NCBI GenBank assembly: GCA_963823655.1
Contig: CAWGMK010000013.1
Coordinates: 192,001 to 256,000, forward strand
Origin: an uncultured Bacillota bacterium
Lineage (GTDB): Bacteria; Bacillota; DTU025; MWDF01
Direction: 5' to 3'
DNA length: 64,000 bases
A program made the position numbers and the translations under genes. This document shows positions 16,838 through 27,533 of this stretch, one piece after another (positions within the stretch are counted from its first letter, which is position 1; every line of letters begins with the position of its first letter). The notes beneath the pieces are model-generated. The model made no database searches. It was not told where the DNA came from and saw nothing but the letters and a program-made list of their open reading frames with translations.

Positions 16838-17872
16838 ATGGAATATCGGCTTGCCATTGAGCTAAGGGAGAGGAAAGTCCTTTCCCAGTATGCAGCGTTC
16901 GCGGATTCAAGCAGGGGCAGGCAGTATCCCGAAGAGGAGGACGAGATCAGGACCTGCTACCAAAGGGACAGGGACAGGATCGTCCATTGCAAGGCCTTCA
17001 GGCGGCTGAAGCACAAAACGCAAGTATTCTACTCGCCTGAGGGGGACCATTACCGGACAAGGCTGACGCATACCCTGGAGGTATCTCAAATCGCCCGCAC
17101 GATAGCCTCGGCGCTTGCCTTAAACGAGAGTCTGACGGAGGCAATTGCGCTCGGGCATGACCTGGGGCATACTCCCTTCGGGCATGCCGGGGAGGCCGCT
17201 TTGAATACAGTAGTGCATGGAGGGTTCATGCACAATGTACAAAGCCTCAGGGTGGTTGATAGCGTTGAGAAGAGGGAAGGAAGGGATACACCGGGCCTTA
17301 ACCTCTCCTGGGAAGTGCGAGACGGGATACTTGCCCACAGCTGGGCATGGGAGCCCAGGGCGTCCACTCTGGAGGGGCAGCTTGTGATGTTCGCGGACAA
17401 GATAGCCTATATCAACCATGACTTCGACGATGCAGTAAGAGCGGGCGTTGTAAGCGAGGCCGATGTGCCGAAGGAAGCGAAGCTGCTTCTTGGCGAAGAC
17501 AGAAGGGCGAGGCTCAACACGCTCGTCATGGATATAATCCGCGAAAGCGACGGCAAGGGAGCGATCCTGCAAAGCAAGGATGCCGAGTTCGGACTTAACG
17601 TAATCAGGGATTTCATGTTTGAGAAGGTGTACAACAGCACGGGGATGATCAAAGAGGAGACCGAGCGCTGCAAAAGGCTAGTCATCCAGCTGTTCATGTA
17701 CTACACGAACTTCCCGGAGCAGCTGAGGCAGGACTCGGGCTACAGCTTCGATGAAGCAGATAAACACGCTGTGACAAGGGCCGCCGTTGACTATGTTGCG
17801 GGGATGACTGACAGGTATGCCGTGATGGTGTTCTCGAAGATCTTCGTCCCGAGGCCCTGGCAGATATATTAG
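16838..17872 (+). CDS. dgt: Deoxyguanosinetriphosphate triphosphohydrolase
   Basis: RDRDRI, FRRLKHKTQV, RTRLTHTLEV, HDLGHTPFGHAGE, DYVAGMTD; GGAGG RBS before ATG 16838. Confidence 0.93.
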   Translation: MEYRLAIELRERKVLSQYAAFADSSRGRQYPEEEDEIRTCYQRDRDRIVHCKAFRRLKHKTQVFYSPEGDHYRTRLTHTLEVSQIARTIASALALNESLTEAIALGHDLGHTPFGHAGEAALNTVVHGGFMHNVQSLRVVDSVEKREGRDTPGLNLSWEVRDGILAHSWAWEPRASTLEGQLVMFADKIAYINHDFDDAVRAGVVSEADVPKEAKLLLGEDRRARLNTLVMDIIRESDGKGAILQSKDAEFGLNVIRDFMFEKVYNSTGMIKEETERCKRLVIQLFMYYTNFPEQLRQDSGYSFDEADKHAVTRAAVDYVAGMTDRYAVMVFSKIFVPRPWQIY

Positions 17873-17908
17873 AGAAATTCTCAAATCATGAGGAAGGGGG
17901 TGGCATGC

Positions 17909-19732
17909 TTGGCGGGCGGAATACCTGATGAGGTAATCGAGCGGATAAGGCAAGGTACCGACATCGTAGGTCTAATATCGGAGTATACAAGCCTTAAGCA
18001 GAACGGCCCCAGGCATGTAGGATTATGCCCCTTCCACAACGAGAAGACGCCCTCCTTCTCTGTAAGCCGGGACAAGCAGCTTTATTACTGCTTCGGCTGC
18101 CATGCATCCGGCAATGCCTTCAGTTTCGTTATGAATATTGAGGGCCTGACTTTCGTGGAGGCTGCAAGGAAGCTGGGTCTGAGAATTGGCATCGACGTTT
18201 CCGAGCATCTTGAGTCGGACGCTGAGAAGGCGAAGAGAAGGTTCAGGGAGTCAATAATCGAGGCATGTGAAGCTGCCTCGAAGTACTATTCCTGGATGCT
18301 TACAGATTCCAAGAATGGCTCAGAGTGCAGGAACTACGTTGAATCAAGGAAAATCGGCAAGGATGAGATTGCGGCTTTCGGGCTGGGTTTCGCCCCCGGA
18401 GGTCCTTCGATGGACAGCCTGACCGCCTACCTTAAGAAAAAGGGCTTCGAGGACCAGGTGCTTTTAGAATCAGGCCTTTCCCTCAAGAAGAAGTACGGGG
18501 TCGGGCTTTACGATTCTTTCCGCGACCGCCTTATGTTTCCGATAAAGAACCCCTACGGCAAGGCCGTGGCATTCGGCGGAAGGACCATCGCTGCGGGCGA
18601 TAAGCGGCCCAAGTATATAAACAGCAAAGAAGGACCCGCCTACTCCAAGCGCGCCAACCTATACAACCTGCACCAGGCGGCAACGGCAGCGAGAGCTGCG
18701 GGGCGGATGATACTCTGTGAGGGTTATCTGGATGTAATCGCGGTTTGGAGCGCAGGTTTTAAAGAAACGGTCGCATCTCTTGGAACAGCGCTTACGGCTG
18801 AGCAGTCCAAATTAATCGCGCGCCATTGCAAGAACGCTTTTCTAAGCTATGATGCGGATACGGCCGGGTCGGCGGCAACAGTCAAGGGAGTTCGCACGCT
18901 GGAGGAAGCAGGCCTCGATGTCAAAGTGGTACTGATGCCCCCTGGCGAGGATCCGGACAGCTTTTTGAGGAAGGCCGGGGCTGACAGACTTAGGGCCTCA
19001 ATTGACGGTGCCGTCAGCTACATAAGATTCCAGGTTGAGTCGGTTGTGGCAGGCTCTAACACAAGCACCAAGGACGGCAAGCTCATCGCCGCAAGAAAGC
19101 TAGTCGAGATAATCGGGAGCAGCTCGGATGCGGTCACAAGAGCGGAGCTTGTTCGCGAGTTTTCAGGAAGGCTGGCGGTCTCACCCGAGGCAATGGCACA
19201 AGATGTGCAGAAAGCAATGGCAAGAAGGGCGAAGCGGACAACGGGTGGAAGTGGGGACGCTCCAAAAGTCGACGACGACACATCATACTTCGAGGCCAGC
19301 GGCTTGTCTTATGCCATCGCCGAAACGGAGAAATCGATACTCGGCCTGTGCGCAAAGAGCCCGGAATCGTTAAAGTTAGTTTCACAGAGATTGCCTGAAG
19401 GATTTGAAGCCGATGGTAGCGAAGAAATATACAAAGCAATGCTGTCGCTTTGGGATGACGGTAAAGCCATAGATGAGAGGCTCCTGCCGCTACTTGAAGG
19501 CAAACACAGGGAAATGGCAGCAAAGATGCTATTTGAAGGCGAACGGGCTTTCGAAGACATTGCGAAGGCAATAGATGCCCTGATAGCTATTAAGATGCGA
19601 AGAAGGCTCAGGGACATAGATATTTGCATAAGGAAGGCGGATGCCGAAGGCAAGGTCGAGGAATTGGCGCCGCTGCAAAGAGAACAGAAGGAGCTAAGGG
19701 ATAAATTGGGAAATAGGACGGCGTTATACTGA
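17909..19732 (+). CDS. dnaG: DNA primase
   Basis: [11 protein letters not shown] zinc finger, [21 protein letters not shown] Toprim; directly upstream of sigA. Confidence 0.96.
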   Translation: MAGGIPDEVIERIRQGTDIVGLISEYTSLKQNGPRHVGLCPFHNEKTPSFSVSRDKQLYYCFGCHASGNAFSFVMNIEGLTFVEAARKLGLRIGIDVSEHLESDAEKAKRRFRESIIEACEAASKYYSWMLTDSKNGSECRNYVESRKIGKDEIAAFGLGFAPGGPSMDSLTAYLKKKGFEDQVLLESGLSLKKKYGVGLYDSFRDRLMFPIKNPYGKAVAFGGRTIAAGDKRPKYINSKEGPAYSKRANLYNLHQAATAARAAGRMILCEGYLDVIAVWSAGFKETVASLGTALTAEQSKLIARHCKNAFLSYDADTAGSAATVKGVRTLEEAGLDVKVVLMPPGEDPDSFLRKAGADRLRASIDGAVSYIRFQVESVVAGSNTSTKDGKLIAARKLVEIIGSSSDAVTRAELVREFSGRLAVSPEAMAQDVQKAMARRAKRTTGGSGDAPKVDDDTSYFEASGLSYAIAETEKSILGLCAKSPESLKLVSQRLPEGFEADGSEEIYKAMLSLWDDGKAIDERLLPLLEGKHREMAAKMLFEGERAFEDIAKAIDALIAIKMRRRLRDIDICIRKADAEGKVEELAPLQREQKELRDKLGNRTALY

Positions 19733-20908
19733 TGGGAGCCAGAAAGGCCAAGGCGGCAGAGCCTCAGATCGAGAAAGTAGAAGTAGCGGCAGGGGAGACA
19801 ACTATAGACCCTAAGGTCGAAAAGTTGATCGCCCTTGGAAAGCTGCATGGAAGCATAACCTACAAAGACGTACAAGACGCACTGGCAAGCGAGGAGATGT
19901 CGCCTGACCAGATGCAGGACATGTACGACACTTTGGCGGAGAACGGCTTCGAAGTTGAACCGGAGGAAGACCTATCCGGCGCAATAATAACGGACGACGA
20001 GCCAGAGCCTGACATCAATTTAATCGAGCCTGTCGAGGAAGTGGAGCTCGAACTGGCTCTTGTGCCTCCTGAAGGCGCAATAATCGACGACCCGGTGAAG
20101 ATGTACCTGAAGGAAATCGGCAGGGTCTCTTTGCTTACGGGAGAGGAAGAAGTCGAGTTCGCAAAGCGGATAGAGAATAACGACGATGAAGCCAAAAGAA
20201 GGCTGACTGAGGCCAACCTGAGGCTGGTCGTCTCGATAGCAAAGCGCTACGTTGGGCGCGGCATGCTATTTCTTGATCTGATCCAGGAGGGCAACCTGGG
20301 GCTTCTTAAAGCAGTGGAGAAGTTCGACTACAGGAAGGGCTACAAGTTCTCTACTTATGCCACCTGGTGGATAAGGCAGGCCATAACCAGGGCAATCGCG
20401 GACCAGGCAAGGACAATAAGAATACCTGTGCATATGGTCGAGACGATAAATAAGCTGACCAGGATACAAAGGCAGCTTCTGCAGGAGTTGGGAAGAGAAC
20501 CGTCTCCCGATGAAATTGCAGCTCAGATGGGCTTGACTGCCGACAGGGTAAGGGAGATATCGAAGATTGCGCAGGAACCCGTTTCCCTGGAGACTCCTAT
20601 AGGTGAGGAAGAGGACTCCCACCTAGGAGACTTCATTGAGGACCAGGACGCGCCGGCACCTCCTGACGTTGCGTCATTTACGCTGCTGAAGGAGCAGTTG
20701 GGTGAAGTATTGGATTCGCTTTCGCCCAGGGAAAAGGAAGTCCTTAAGGCTTCGTTTCGGGCTTGACGACGGCAAAGCCCGCACTCTTGAAGAAGTCGGC
20801 AAGGAGTTCCAAGTCACCAGAGAGCGCATCAGGCAGATAGAGGCGAAGGCACTCAGGAAGCTCAGGCAGCCAAGCCGCTCGAAAAAGCTGAGGGACTATC
20901 TGGATTAG
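19732..20908 (+). CDS. sigA: RNA polymerase primary sigma factor (apparent +1 insertion near 20746)
   Basis: [45 protein letters not shown]; region 4 (LRFGL...TRERIRQIE) continues in the shifted frame to 20908. Confidence 0.95.
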
Positions 20909-20956
20909 CACTTGACTGCAAGGCACGGCTTGTAGTAATTATATTAATGTACCCGT

Positions 20957-21031
20957 TCCTCGATAGCTCAGCGGTAGAGCAATCGGCTGTTAACCGATGG
21001 GTCGCAGGTTCGAATCCTGCTCGGGGAGCCA
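20957..21031 (+). tRNA. tRNA-Asn(GTT)
   Basis: Acceptor TCCTCGA/TCGGGGA, anticodon loop CT-GTT-AA, GGTTCGAATCC, encoded CCA. Confidence 0.96.
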
Positions 21032-21037
21032 TAATTT

Positions 21038-21072
21038 AGGACTTCCGGTTCTGCTGGGAGTCCTTTCTGTTT
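21038..21072 (+). terminator. Terminator after tRNA-Asn
   Basis: AGGACTTCCGG/CTGGGAGTCCT stem with T-rich tail. Confidence 0.65.
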
Positions 21073-21148
21073 GAATTAGCGGCAAAATGTGGCGCAATGA
21101 AGCTTATTACCTGTAAAAAGGCATGATTACAATCTTGAAGAGGTACTT

Positions 21149-22519
21149 ATGCTAAAGGATATGACTCACGGGAGCGAAACGAAGCATATTCTTTCGTTCA
21201 CAATTCCGCTCTTCATAGGCAATGCGTTCCAGCAGGCCTACAACATGGTGGATGCCATAGTTGTTGGCAGGTATATTGGACACAATGCTCTTGCTGCTGT
21301 AGGAACTTCGTTTCCTGTGCTGTACCTAATGATATCCATGGTCCTCGGGCTTACGGTAGGGGCTTCTGTTGTAATTTCACAGCTGTTCGGCGCCAAGGAT
21401 TACAGAAAGCTCAAAAGGGCGATATCGACTTTCATCTTCGTCCTTGTCGGTACAGCCGTCCTCGTCACGATTGCGGGCTTGATTCTCACAAGACCCCTTC
21501 TTATACTGCTTCAGACCCCAAAGGAAGTACTTCCCGATGCAACGGCATATATGCTTGTAACATTCGCAGGGATGATATTCCTTTTCGGCTATAATGCCAT
21601 CTCCGGTGTGCTAAGAGGGCTTGGAGACGCGAAGACCCCGCTATATTTCCTTATAGTCTCCTCACTTCTGAATATCTACCTGGACATACTCTTTGTAACA
21701 AAGTTCAAGCTGGGAGTAGCAGGAGTAGCTTATGCCACGATGATCTCGCAGGCGCTCTCAATGCTTCTTTGCGTCATTTACGCTTACTCAAGGATTGAGC
21801 TATTTCATTTCGGAAGGCGCGATTGGGTATTCGACAAGGCGATATTCCTATCAACTCTCAGGCTGGGCATACCGGCTTCCATCCAGCAGATGCTGACATC
21901 GGCCGGAATGATGATCATGCAGGGATTTGTTAACTATTTCGGCTCGATTACAATGGCAGCTTTCACTGCCGCCAGCAGAGTAGATTCAATCGCTGTCATG
22001 CCGATACAGAGCTTTGGCCTGGCAATAACCACGTTTACTGCGCAAAACGTCGGGGCAAACAGGCTCGACAGGGTGAGGAAGGCCTTCAAATCCACCATCC
22101 TCATGGTGCTGGCGACAAGTTTCGCAGCGGCATTGATAATGATATTCTTCGGAAAGAACCTCATAGGCCTTTTTATTAGCGCAAATGAACCGGATGTCGT
22201 GATACGAGGCGGAGAGTATCTGCTTATCGTCTCGCTTTTCTACATTCTTGCCGGCATTATGTTTACGACTTCAGGCATGCTCAGGGGGGCGGGGGATATG
22301 ATACCGTCCTCGGTCTCTACTCTTGTATCACTATTCATAAGAATTGCCGCCACCTGGGCATTGTCGCTATATACGCCGCTCGGGTATAGGGGAATATGGT
22401 GGTCCATACCGATCGGGTGGTTCTTCGGCATGATAGTTGCCATCTACAGGTACCGCCAGGGAGGGTGGCAGGGCAAGAGGATAGTTTCTAAACTTGAAGC
22501 CAAGGGCCCGATATATTAA
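21149..22519 (+). CDS. MATE family efflux transporter
   Basis: FQQAYNMVDAIVVG, LRGLGDAKTPL, QNVGA; about 12 hydrophobic segments. Confidence 0.93.
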   Translation: MLKDMTHGSETKHILSFTIPLFIGNAFQQAYNMVDAIVVGRYIGHNALAAVGTSFPVLYLMISMVLGLTVGASVVISQLFGAKDYRKLKRAISTFIFVLVGTAVLVTIAGLILTRPLLILLQTPKEVLPDATAYMLVTFAGMIFLFGYNAISGVLRGLGDAKTPLYFLIVSSLLNIYLDILFVTKFKLGVAGVAYATMISQALSMLLCVIYAYSRIELFHFGRRDWVFDKAIFLSTLRLGIPASIQQMLTSAGMMIMQGFVNYFGSITMAAFTAASRVDSIAVMPIQSFGLAITTFTAQNVGANRLDRVRKAFKSTILMVLATSFAAALIMIFFGKNLIGLFISANEPDVVIRGGEYLLIVSLFYILAGIMFTTSGMLRGAGDMIPSSVSTLVSLFIRIAATWALSLYTPLGYRGIWWSIPIGWFFGMIVAIYRYRQGGWQGKRIVSKLEAKGPIY

Positions 22520-22552
22520 AAGATGATAGCCGTACGGCTATCATCTCATTTT
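22518..22552. terminator. Bidirectional terminator between MATE and glpK
   Basis: AGATGATAGCC-GTAC-GGCTATCATCT flanked by A and T runs. Confidence 0.7.
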
Positions 22553-22576
22553 GAATACATCATTTGGTTTTCGATC

Positions 22577-24076
<1,500 letters not shown>

Positions 24077-24089
24077 GGTGCATGCCTCC

Positions 24090-24914
24090 TTAGGAGAGAT
24101 TAGAGTTGATGAAGGTTATTATTCCTTTCATGAGAGGAGCGAAGCAGCAAGGCTCATTATGTAGCTCATGTGAGCCTTCCATCTCCAGGTAAATTCCCTT
24201 ATTACCTGCAATCCCGCCGAGCTTCCTTGATCCTTCGATGCTGACAATCCCGTCGTTCTTTCCATGGGCAAGGAATAGGGGGAAGGTAATTCCGTCGCTG
24301 TCTAGAACCTGTTCGGCAGAATCAATTGCATCAATTGCCGTGGCTGTCGATATCATGCCGTGTACTAGAGGATCATTTTTGTAGCTGTCCACGACCTGCT
24401 TATCGGAGCTTAGCAGCGAGGCATCTAGCTTGGTCGGAAGGGTGAAAGAGGGGAAGACCGAATTGAGTATCCTTGATACCGAAATCAGCGCGGCAGGCTT
24501 CTTATCCACCAGCTCAAGCCAAGGGGATGTTATCACGAAGCCTTTAGTTACCGATTTGGAGTTCATCATCTTTGAGAGAGCGATTCCGCCTCCTAAGCTG
24601 TGCCCATATATGAAAAGGGGGATATCGCCTATGGTTTCCCTGGCGCGGCATATCAGTGCGTCGATATCTTCTATCGTTGTCTTGAAGGAGCCAATGTGTC
24701 CTCTTTTTCCGCTGCTCTCACCATGGCCTCTGAGATCGAACGAGTAGACTGCGAAACCGCCTTCATTGAGGGCTGCCGCTACTTTACCATATCTTGCGGC
24801 ATGTTCCCCGATGCCGTGCACAATAAGGACTAATGCTGAACTCTTCTTGGGAAGCCAGCAGTGGCAGGACAGGATAACGCCGCGCTCTCTTTCGATGGTG
24901 AATTTGCTGTGCAT
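24090..24914 (-). CDS. Alpha/beta hydrolase, monoacylglycerol lipase/lysophospholipase family
   Basis: HGIGEH, DLRGHGES, GHSLGG nucleophile elbow, HGKND, HELHNE. Confidence 0.88.
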   Translation of the reverse strand: MHSKFTIERERGVILSCHCWLPKKSSALVLIVHGIGEHAARYGKVAAALNEGGFAVYSFDLRGHGESSGKRGHIGSFKTTIEDIDALICRARETIGDIPLFIYGHSLGGGIALSKMMNSKSVTKGFVITSPWLELVDKKPAALISVSRILNSVFPSFTLPTKLDASLLSSDKQVVDSYKNDPLVHGMISTATAIDAIDSAEQVLDSDGITFPLFLAHGKNDGIVSIEGSRKLGGIAGNKGIYLEMEGSHELHNEPCCFAPLMKGIITFINSNLS

Positions 24915-24976
24915 AATCTCACTCCTTCATGAAGCATATATTGTTAATCTTATCCCAAATTCGGGCAGGAGGCAGC

Positions 24977-25010
24977 AAAAAACAAGGAGGGCGGAAACCG
25001 CCCTCCTTGC
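24977..25010 (-). terminator. Terminator of the riboswitch-controlled small gene
   Basis: Perfect 12-bp stem CAAGGAGGGCGG-AAA-CCGCCCTCCTTG with T-run on the minus strand. Confidence 0.85.
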
Positions 25011-25031
25011 AATGAAGAGGAATAGTGCTTT

Positions 25032-25392
25032 CTACCAGAGTACGTGGATTGGGTCGACTCGATAGTTTCGTCCGCCAACTACCACAGTATATCCACTCAT
25101 GCACCAGAGTCGAGGCCTTTATTCTCGGCCCACTCCATGGCCTTTTTACGAGTCGCTCCCGCTGTGAAGAAGAGGTCCATGCGAATTGCATAGTATACTC
25201 ATCCTGATCTCCGATTAGCTAGTGCTACGTCTGCCTTCTCAATTGCCTTGTCTATAAGATGTTGTATCCGCTTGTTTACGCTCTCTACGTAATTGATATC
25301 TTCCTCATACCTACGTTGGCAAGCGCCGGGACAGACATGGAGAGGGCGAGAAGAACTGCAAGAATCAAGCCGGATGCAAAAATCTTCCTCAT
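25032..25392 (-). CDS. Small secreted protein (~115 aa), broken by about five frame changes (errors or pseudogene)
   Basis: AAGGAG RBS, signal peptide MRKIFASGLILAVLLALSMSVPALA; stitched frames give YEEDINYVESVNKRIQHLIDKAIEKADVALAN...KKAMEWAENKGL...VVVGGRNYRVDPIHVLW*; bounded by riboswitch and terminator. Confidence 0.6.
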
Positions 25393-25438
25393 ACTTTCTC
25401 CTTCTTTCCAGGTCTTGGCCCTACCTATCACCGGTCCC

Positions 25439-25476
25439 AAATAAAAACGACCAATGTATCCCATACATCGGCCGCC
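25439..25476 (-). terminator. Riboswitch expression-platform terminator
   Basis: Minus strand GCGGCCGATGTAT-GGG-ATACATTGGTCGT followed by TTTTATTT. Confidence 0.7.
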
Positions 25477-25501
25477 ATGATCCCGGAGAGGCACGTAGTG
25501 T

Positions 25502-25597
25502 CCTTCTTTCGGTAACTGGCAGCCATGAGCTTTCGCTTTTAGGCCCTAAAGCTTTGCGTCCCTGGCTTTCGCCAGGTTTGCTATTGTCGGTGAAGGT
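25502..25597 (-). ncRNA. GEMM-I (c-di-GMP-I class) riboswitch aptamer, A20 variant
   Basis: Minus strand AGCAAACCTGGC-GAAA-GCCAGGGACGCAAAGC...GGGCCTAA...ATGGCTGCCAGTTACCG matches the GEMM-I consensus (GNRA-capped P2, GACGCAAAG junction, CTAA...ATG receptor). Confidence 0.9.
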
Positions 25598-25641
25598 ATA
25601 AAGCCCAACCTATTAATATTATGCGTCTAACGCACAATTCG

Positions 25642-25670
25642 AGTATAATCTAACATTTCCGCGTTTTCAA
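25642..25670 (-). promoter_or_regulatory. Sigma-A promoter for the riboswitch leader
   Basis: Minus strand TTGAAA-17 bp-TATACT. Confidence 0.7.
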
Positions 25671-25682
25671 TATGCAATCGGA

Positions 25683-26966
25683 TTATGCCTTTCGAATAAT
25701 ATTTCCCTCTTCGATCAAAATCTCCTCTAGCGTGGAGACTATTTCGCCATCATATAGGCTACCAGACAGGCTTTTTAGCTCAGATATGGCATCCGAATGT
25801 GGCATCCCCTTGCGATAAGCCCTGTCAGAAGTCATAGCGTCATAAGAATCGGCAACGGCGACAACTTTCGCTTCAAGCCTTATCTGATCTGCTTTTAGCC
25901 CCTTGGGGTATCCCGAGCCGTCCAGCCTTTCATGATGTTGCTCGACAATGCTCGTTATCTCTTTTTCGAACTTGCTGCTGAGCATTTTTACGCTGTCGCT
26001 CGGATGCTGCCTGATAAATTCGAATTCAAGGCTGCTGAGCCTTCCTGCCTTGTTCAATATCTCGTCCGGGATATAGACCTTCCCGATGTCGTGGAATAGG
26101 GAGGCCACCGCAAGAGTCAGAAGTTTGTCGTTCGACAGGCCCATCCGGGCAGCGATTTTGAGGGAATACTGCTCGACTCGGATGCTGTGGTTGTGGGTAT
26201 ATATGTCCTTCTGCTCGTACTGGAAAAGTAGCTTATTTAAATCATCCATAAAGTCCAGAAGGTAATCGAAGATCGGCTTGGAAGTGATGTAAAGTACCTT
26301 CGCGCTGTCCTCGGCGGTAAAAGATAGGGCATGGTCCAGGTCGTATACATAGAAGCTGTCGCCCTGCTGCATATGATAGACTGCCTCATTGTCTTTTAAA
26401 TCGAAAGTCCCGTTCAATACATAGAAGAACTCCAGAAGGTCCGGGGCATCGCCTGGCGTTACGCAACCGGGTCTTTTGCCGAATATCTCCTGCAGCATGA
26501 TATCAAGGCCGCCGCCGCTTGCTAGAAGGCTAAGAGCGTTGTTGTCCTGAGAAGCACGATTAATGCAACCACGGCCCATAATATAAAGGCCGCCGCCCGG
26601 GGCGCGCCTCTTCGGGTCTTCCGAGTAGCTTACATTCATCTGCTTTGTTATGGAGATATTGCTAGCGATTAGAAGCTTTGCCCTGTTGCTTACCGAGACC
26701 AGGACTGCCTTCCTCAGGTTGTGAGTGTAGAAATACTCTCCCGCTTCAAGTTGGACTTTAAAGCCCCCGGACTCTATGATCACGTCGCCCTCAAGCACAT
26801 AAAAGAACTCAAGTAGGTCTTCAAATATCGTTGGCTTGATTTGCAGCGGAGAATCGCTTTCTACCTGCATTACGGATATCCTGACATTGGCCCTGTTAAC
26901 AAGAATCCTCTCCTGTTTTCCGGGTCCCAGCTCATATGAGGTTTCACTTAAGAAGAGCTTCTTCAT
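25683..26966 (-). CDS. HD-GYP cyclic-dinucleotide phosphodiesterase with two N-terminal cupin-like domains
   Basis: HSIRV, HDIGK, HHERLDGSGYP, DSYDAMTSDRAYR; duplicated DLLEFFYVL(E/N)G...G(E/D)xFY motif. Confidence 0.88.
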   Translation of the reverse strand: MKKLFLSETSYELGPGKQERILVNRANVRISVMQVESDSPLQIKPTIFEDLLEFFYVLEGDVIIESGGFKVQLEAGEYFYTHNLRKAVLVSVSNRAKLLIASNISITKQMNVSYSEDPKRRAPGGGLYIMGRGCINRASQDNNALSLLASGGGLDIMLQEIFGKRPGCVTPGDAPDLLEFFYVLNGTFDLKDNEAVYHMQQGDSFYVYDLDHALSFTAEDSAKVLYITSKPIFDYLLDFMDDLNKLLFQYEQKDIYTHNHSIRVEQYSLKIAARMGLSNDKLLTLAVASLFHDIGKVYIPDEILNKAGRLSSLEFEFIRQHPSDSVKMLSSKFEKEITSIVEQHHERLDGSGYPKGLKADQIRLEAKVVAVADSYDAMTSDRAYRKGMPHSDAISELKSLSGSLYDGEIVSTLEEILIEEGNIIRKA

Positions 26967-27003
26967 CTTACCCTCTTATTCGCGATGTATGCAGTTAATA
27001 ACC

Positions 27004-27435
27004 CTACTTTTCCGCTTTAGCTTCCTGAATCGCTTTTTGAATCACTTCAAGCGCGCAGGCTTTCTTCTCAATGATTATACCTTGAAAAAGGTTGGAAGAA
27101 ACCGCTTTAAGCTTTTCTGATAGCTCTGTTTGAAGCATTTCACCCAATTCAGTAAGCAATACCATGCTCGATCTGCTGTCCGACACTTTTCTGCTCCTAA
27201 TAAGCAGGCCTTTTGCCTCAAGCTTGTCAAGGGTGTAGGTAGCAGAACCGCTCGAAAGGCTGATCTTTGAAGCAAGCTGCTGAACTCCGATACCCGGGTT
27301 CTCATTAACGGCCTTAAGCAAGCAGTATTCTGTCCAGCCGGCGTTTTCGGAGCCGTCTTCATGATTCAAGGCCCTTGATAAAGCGCGTTGCAAGGCGCAA
27401 ATGGATAGGGCTAGGTCCAGATCTTCGTAAAGCAT
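27004..27435 (-). CDS. MarR family transcriptional regulator
   Basis: LASKISLSSGSATYTLDKLEAKGLLIRSR..DSR...VLLTELG winged-helix pattern. Confidence 0.85.
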   Translation of the reverse strand: MLYEDLDLALSICALQRALSRALNHEDGSENAGWTEYCLLKAVNENPGIGVQQLASKISLSSGSATYTLDKLEAKGLLIRSRKVSDSRSSMVLLTELGEMLQTELSEKLKAVSSNLFQGIIIEKKACALEVIQKAIQEAKAEK

Positions 27436-27450
27436 TGGATCACTCCTCCA

Positions 27451-27509
27451 TAAATATTTAACATTATGACTATCTTGAAATCAAGATTATTTGAAGTAAT
27501 ATAGTCATA
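27451..27509. promoter_or_regulatory. Palindromic operator region between divergent MarR and 4Fe-4S operon
   Basis: ATCTTGA-AA-TCAAGAT (27472-27487), TATGACTAT...ATAGTCATA (27465/27501), TAAATATTTA (27451). Confidence 0.55.
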
Positions 27510-27533
27510 TACGAAAATTCGGAGGTAGATGTT

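Noticed and set aside
16838-17872. Antiphage dGTPase
   Set aside because: It occupies the usual housekeeping ppdK-dgt-dnaG-sigA position.
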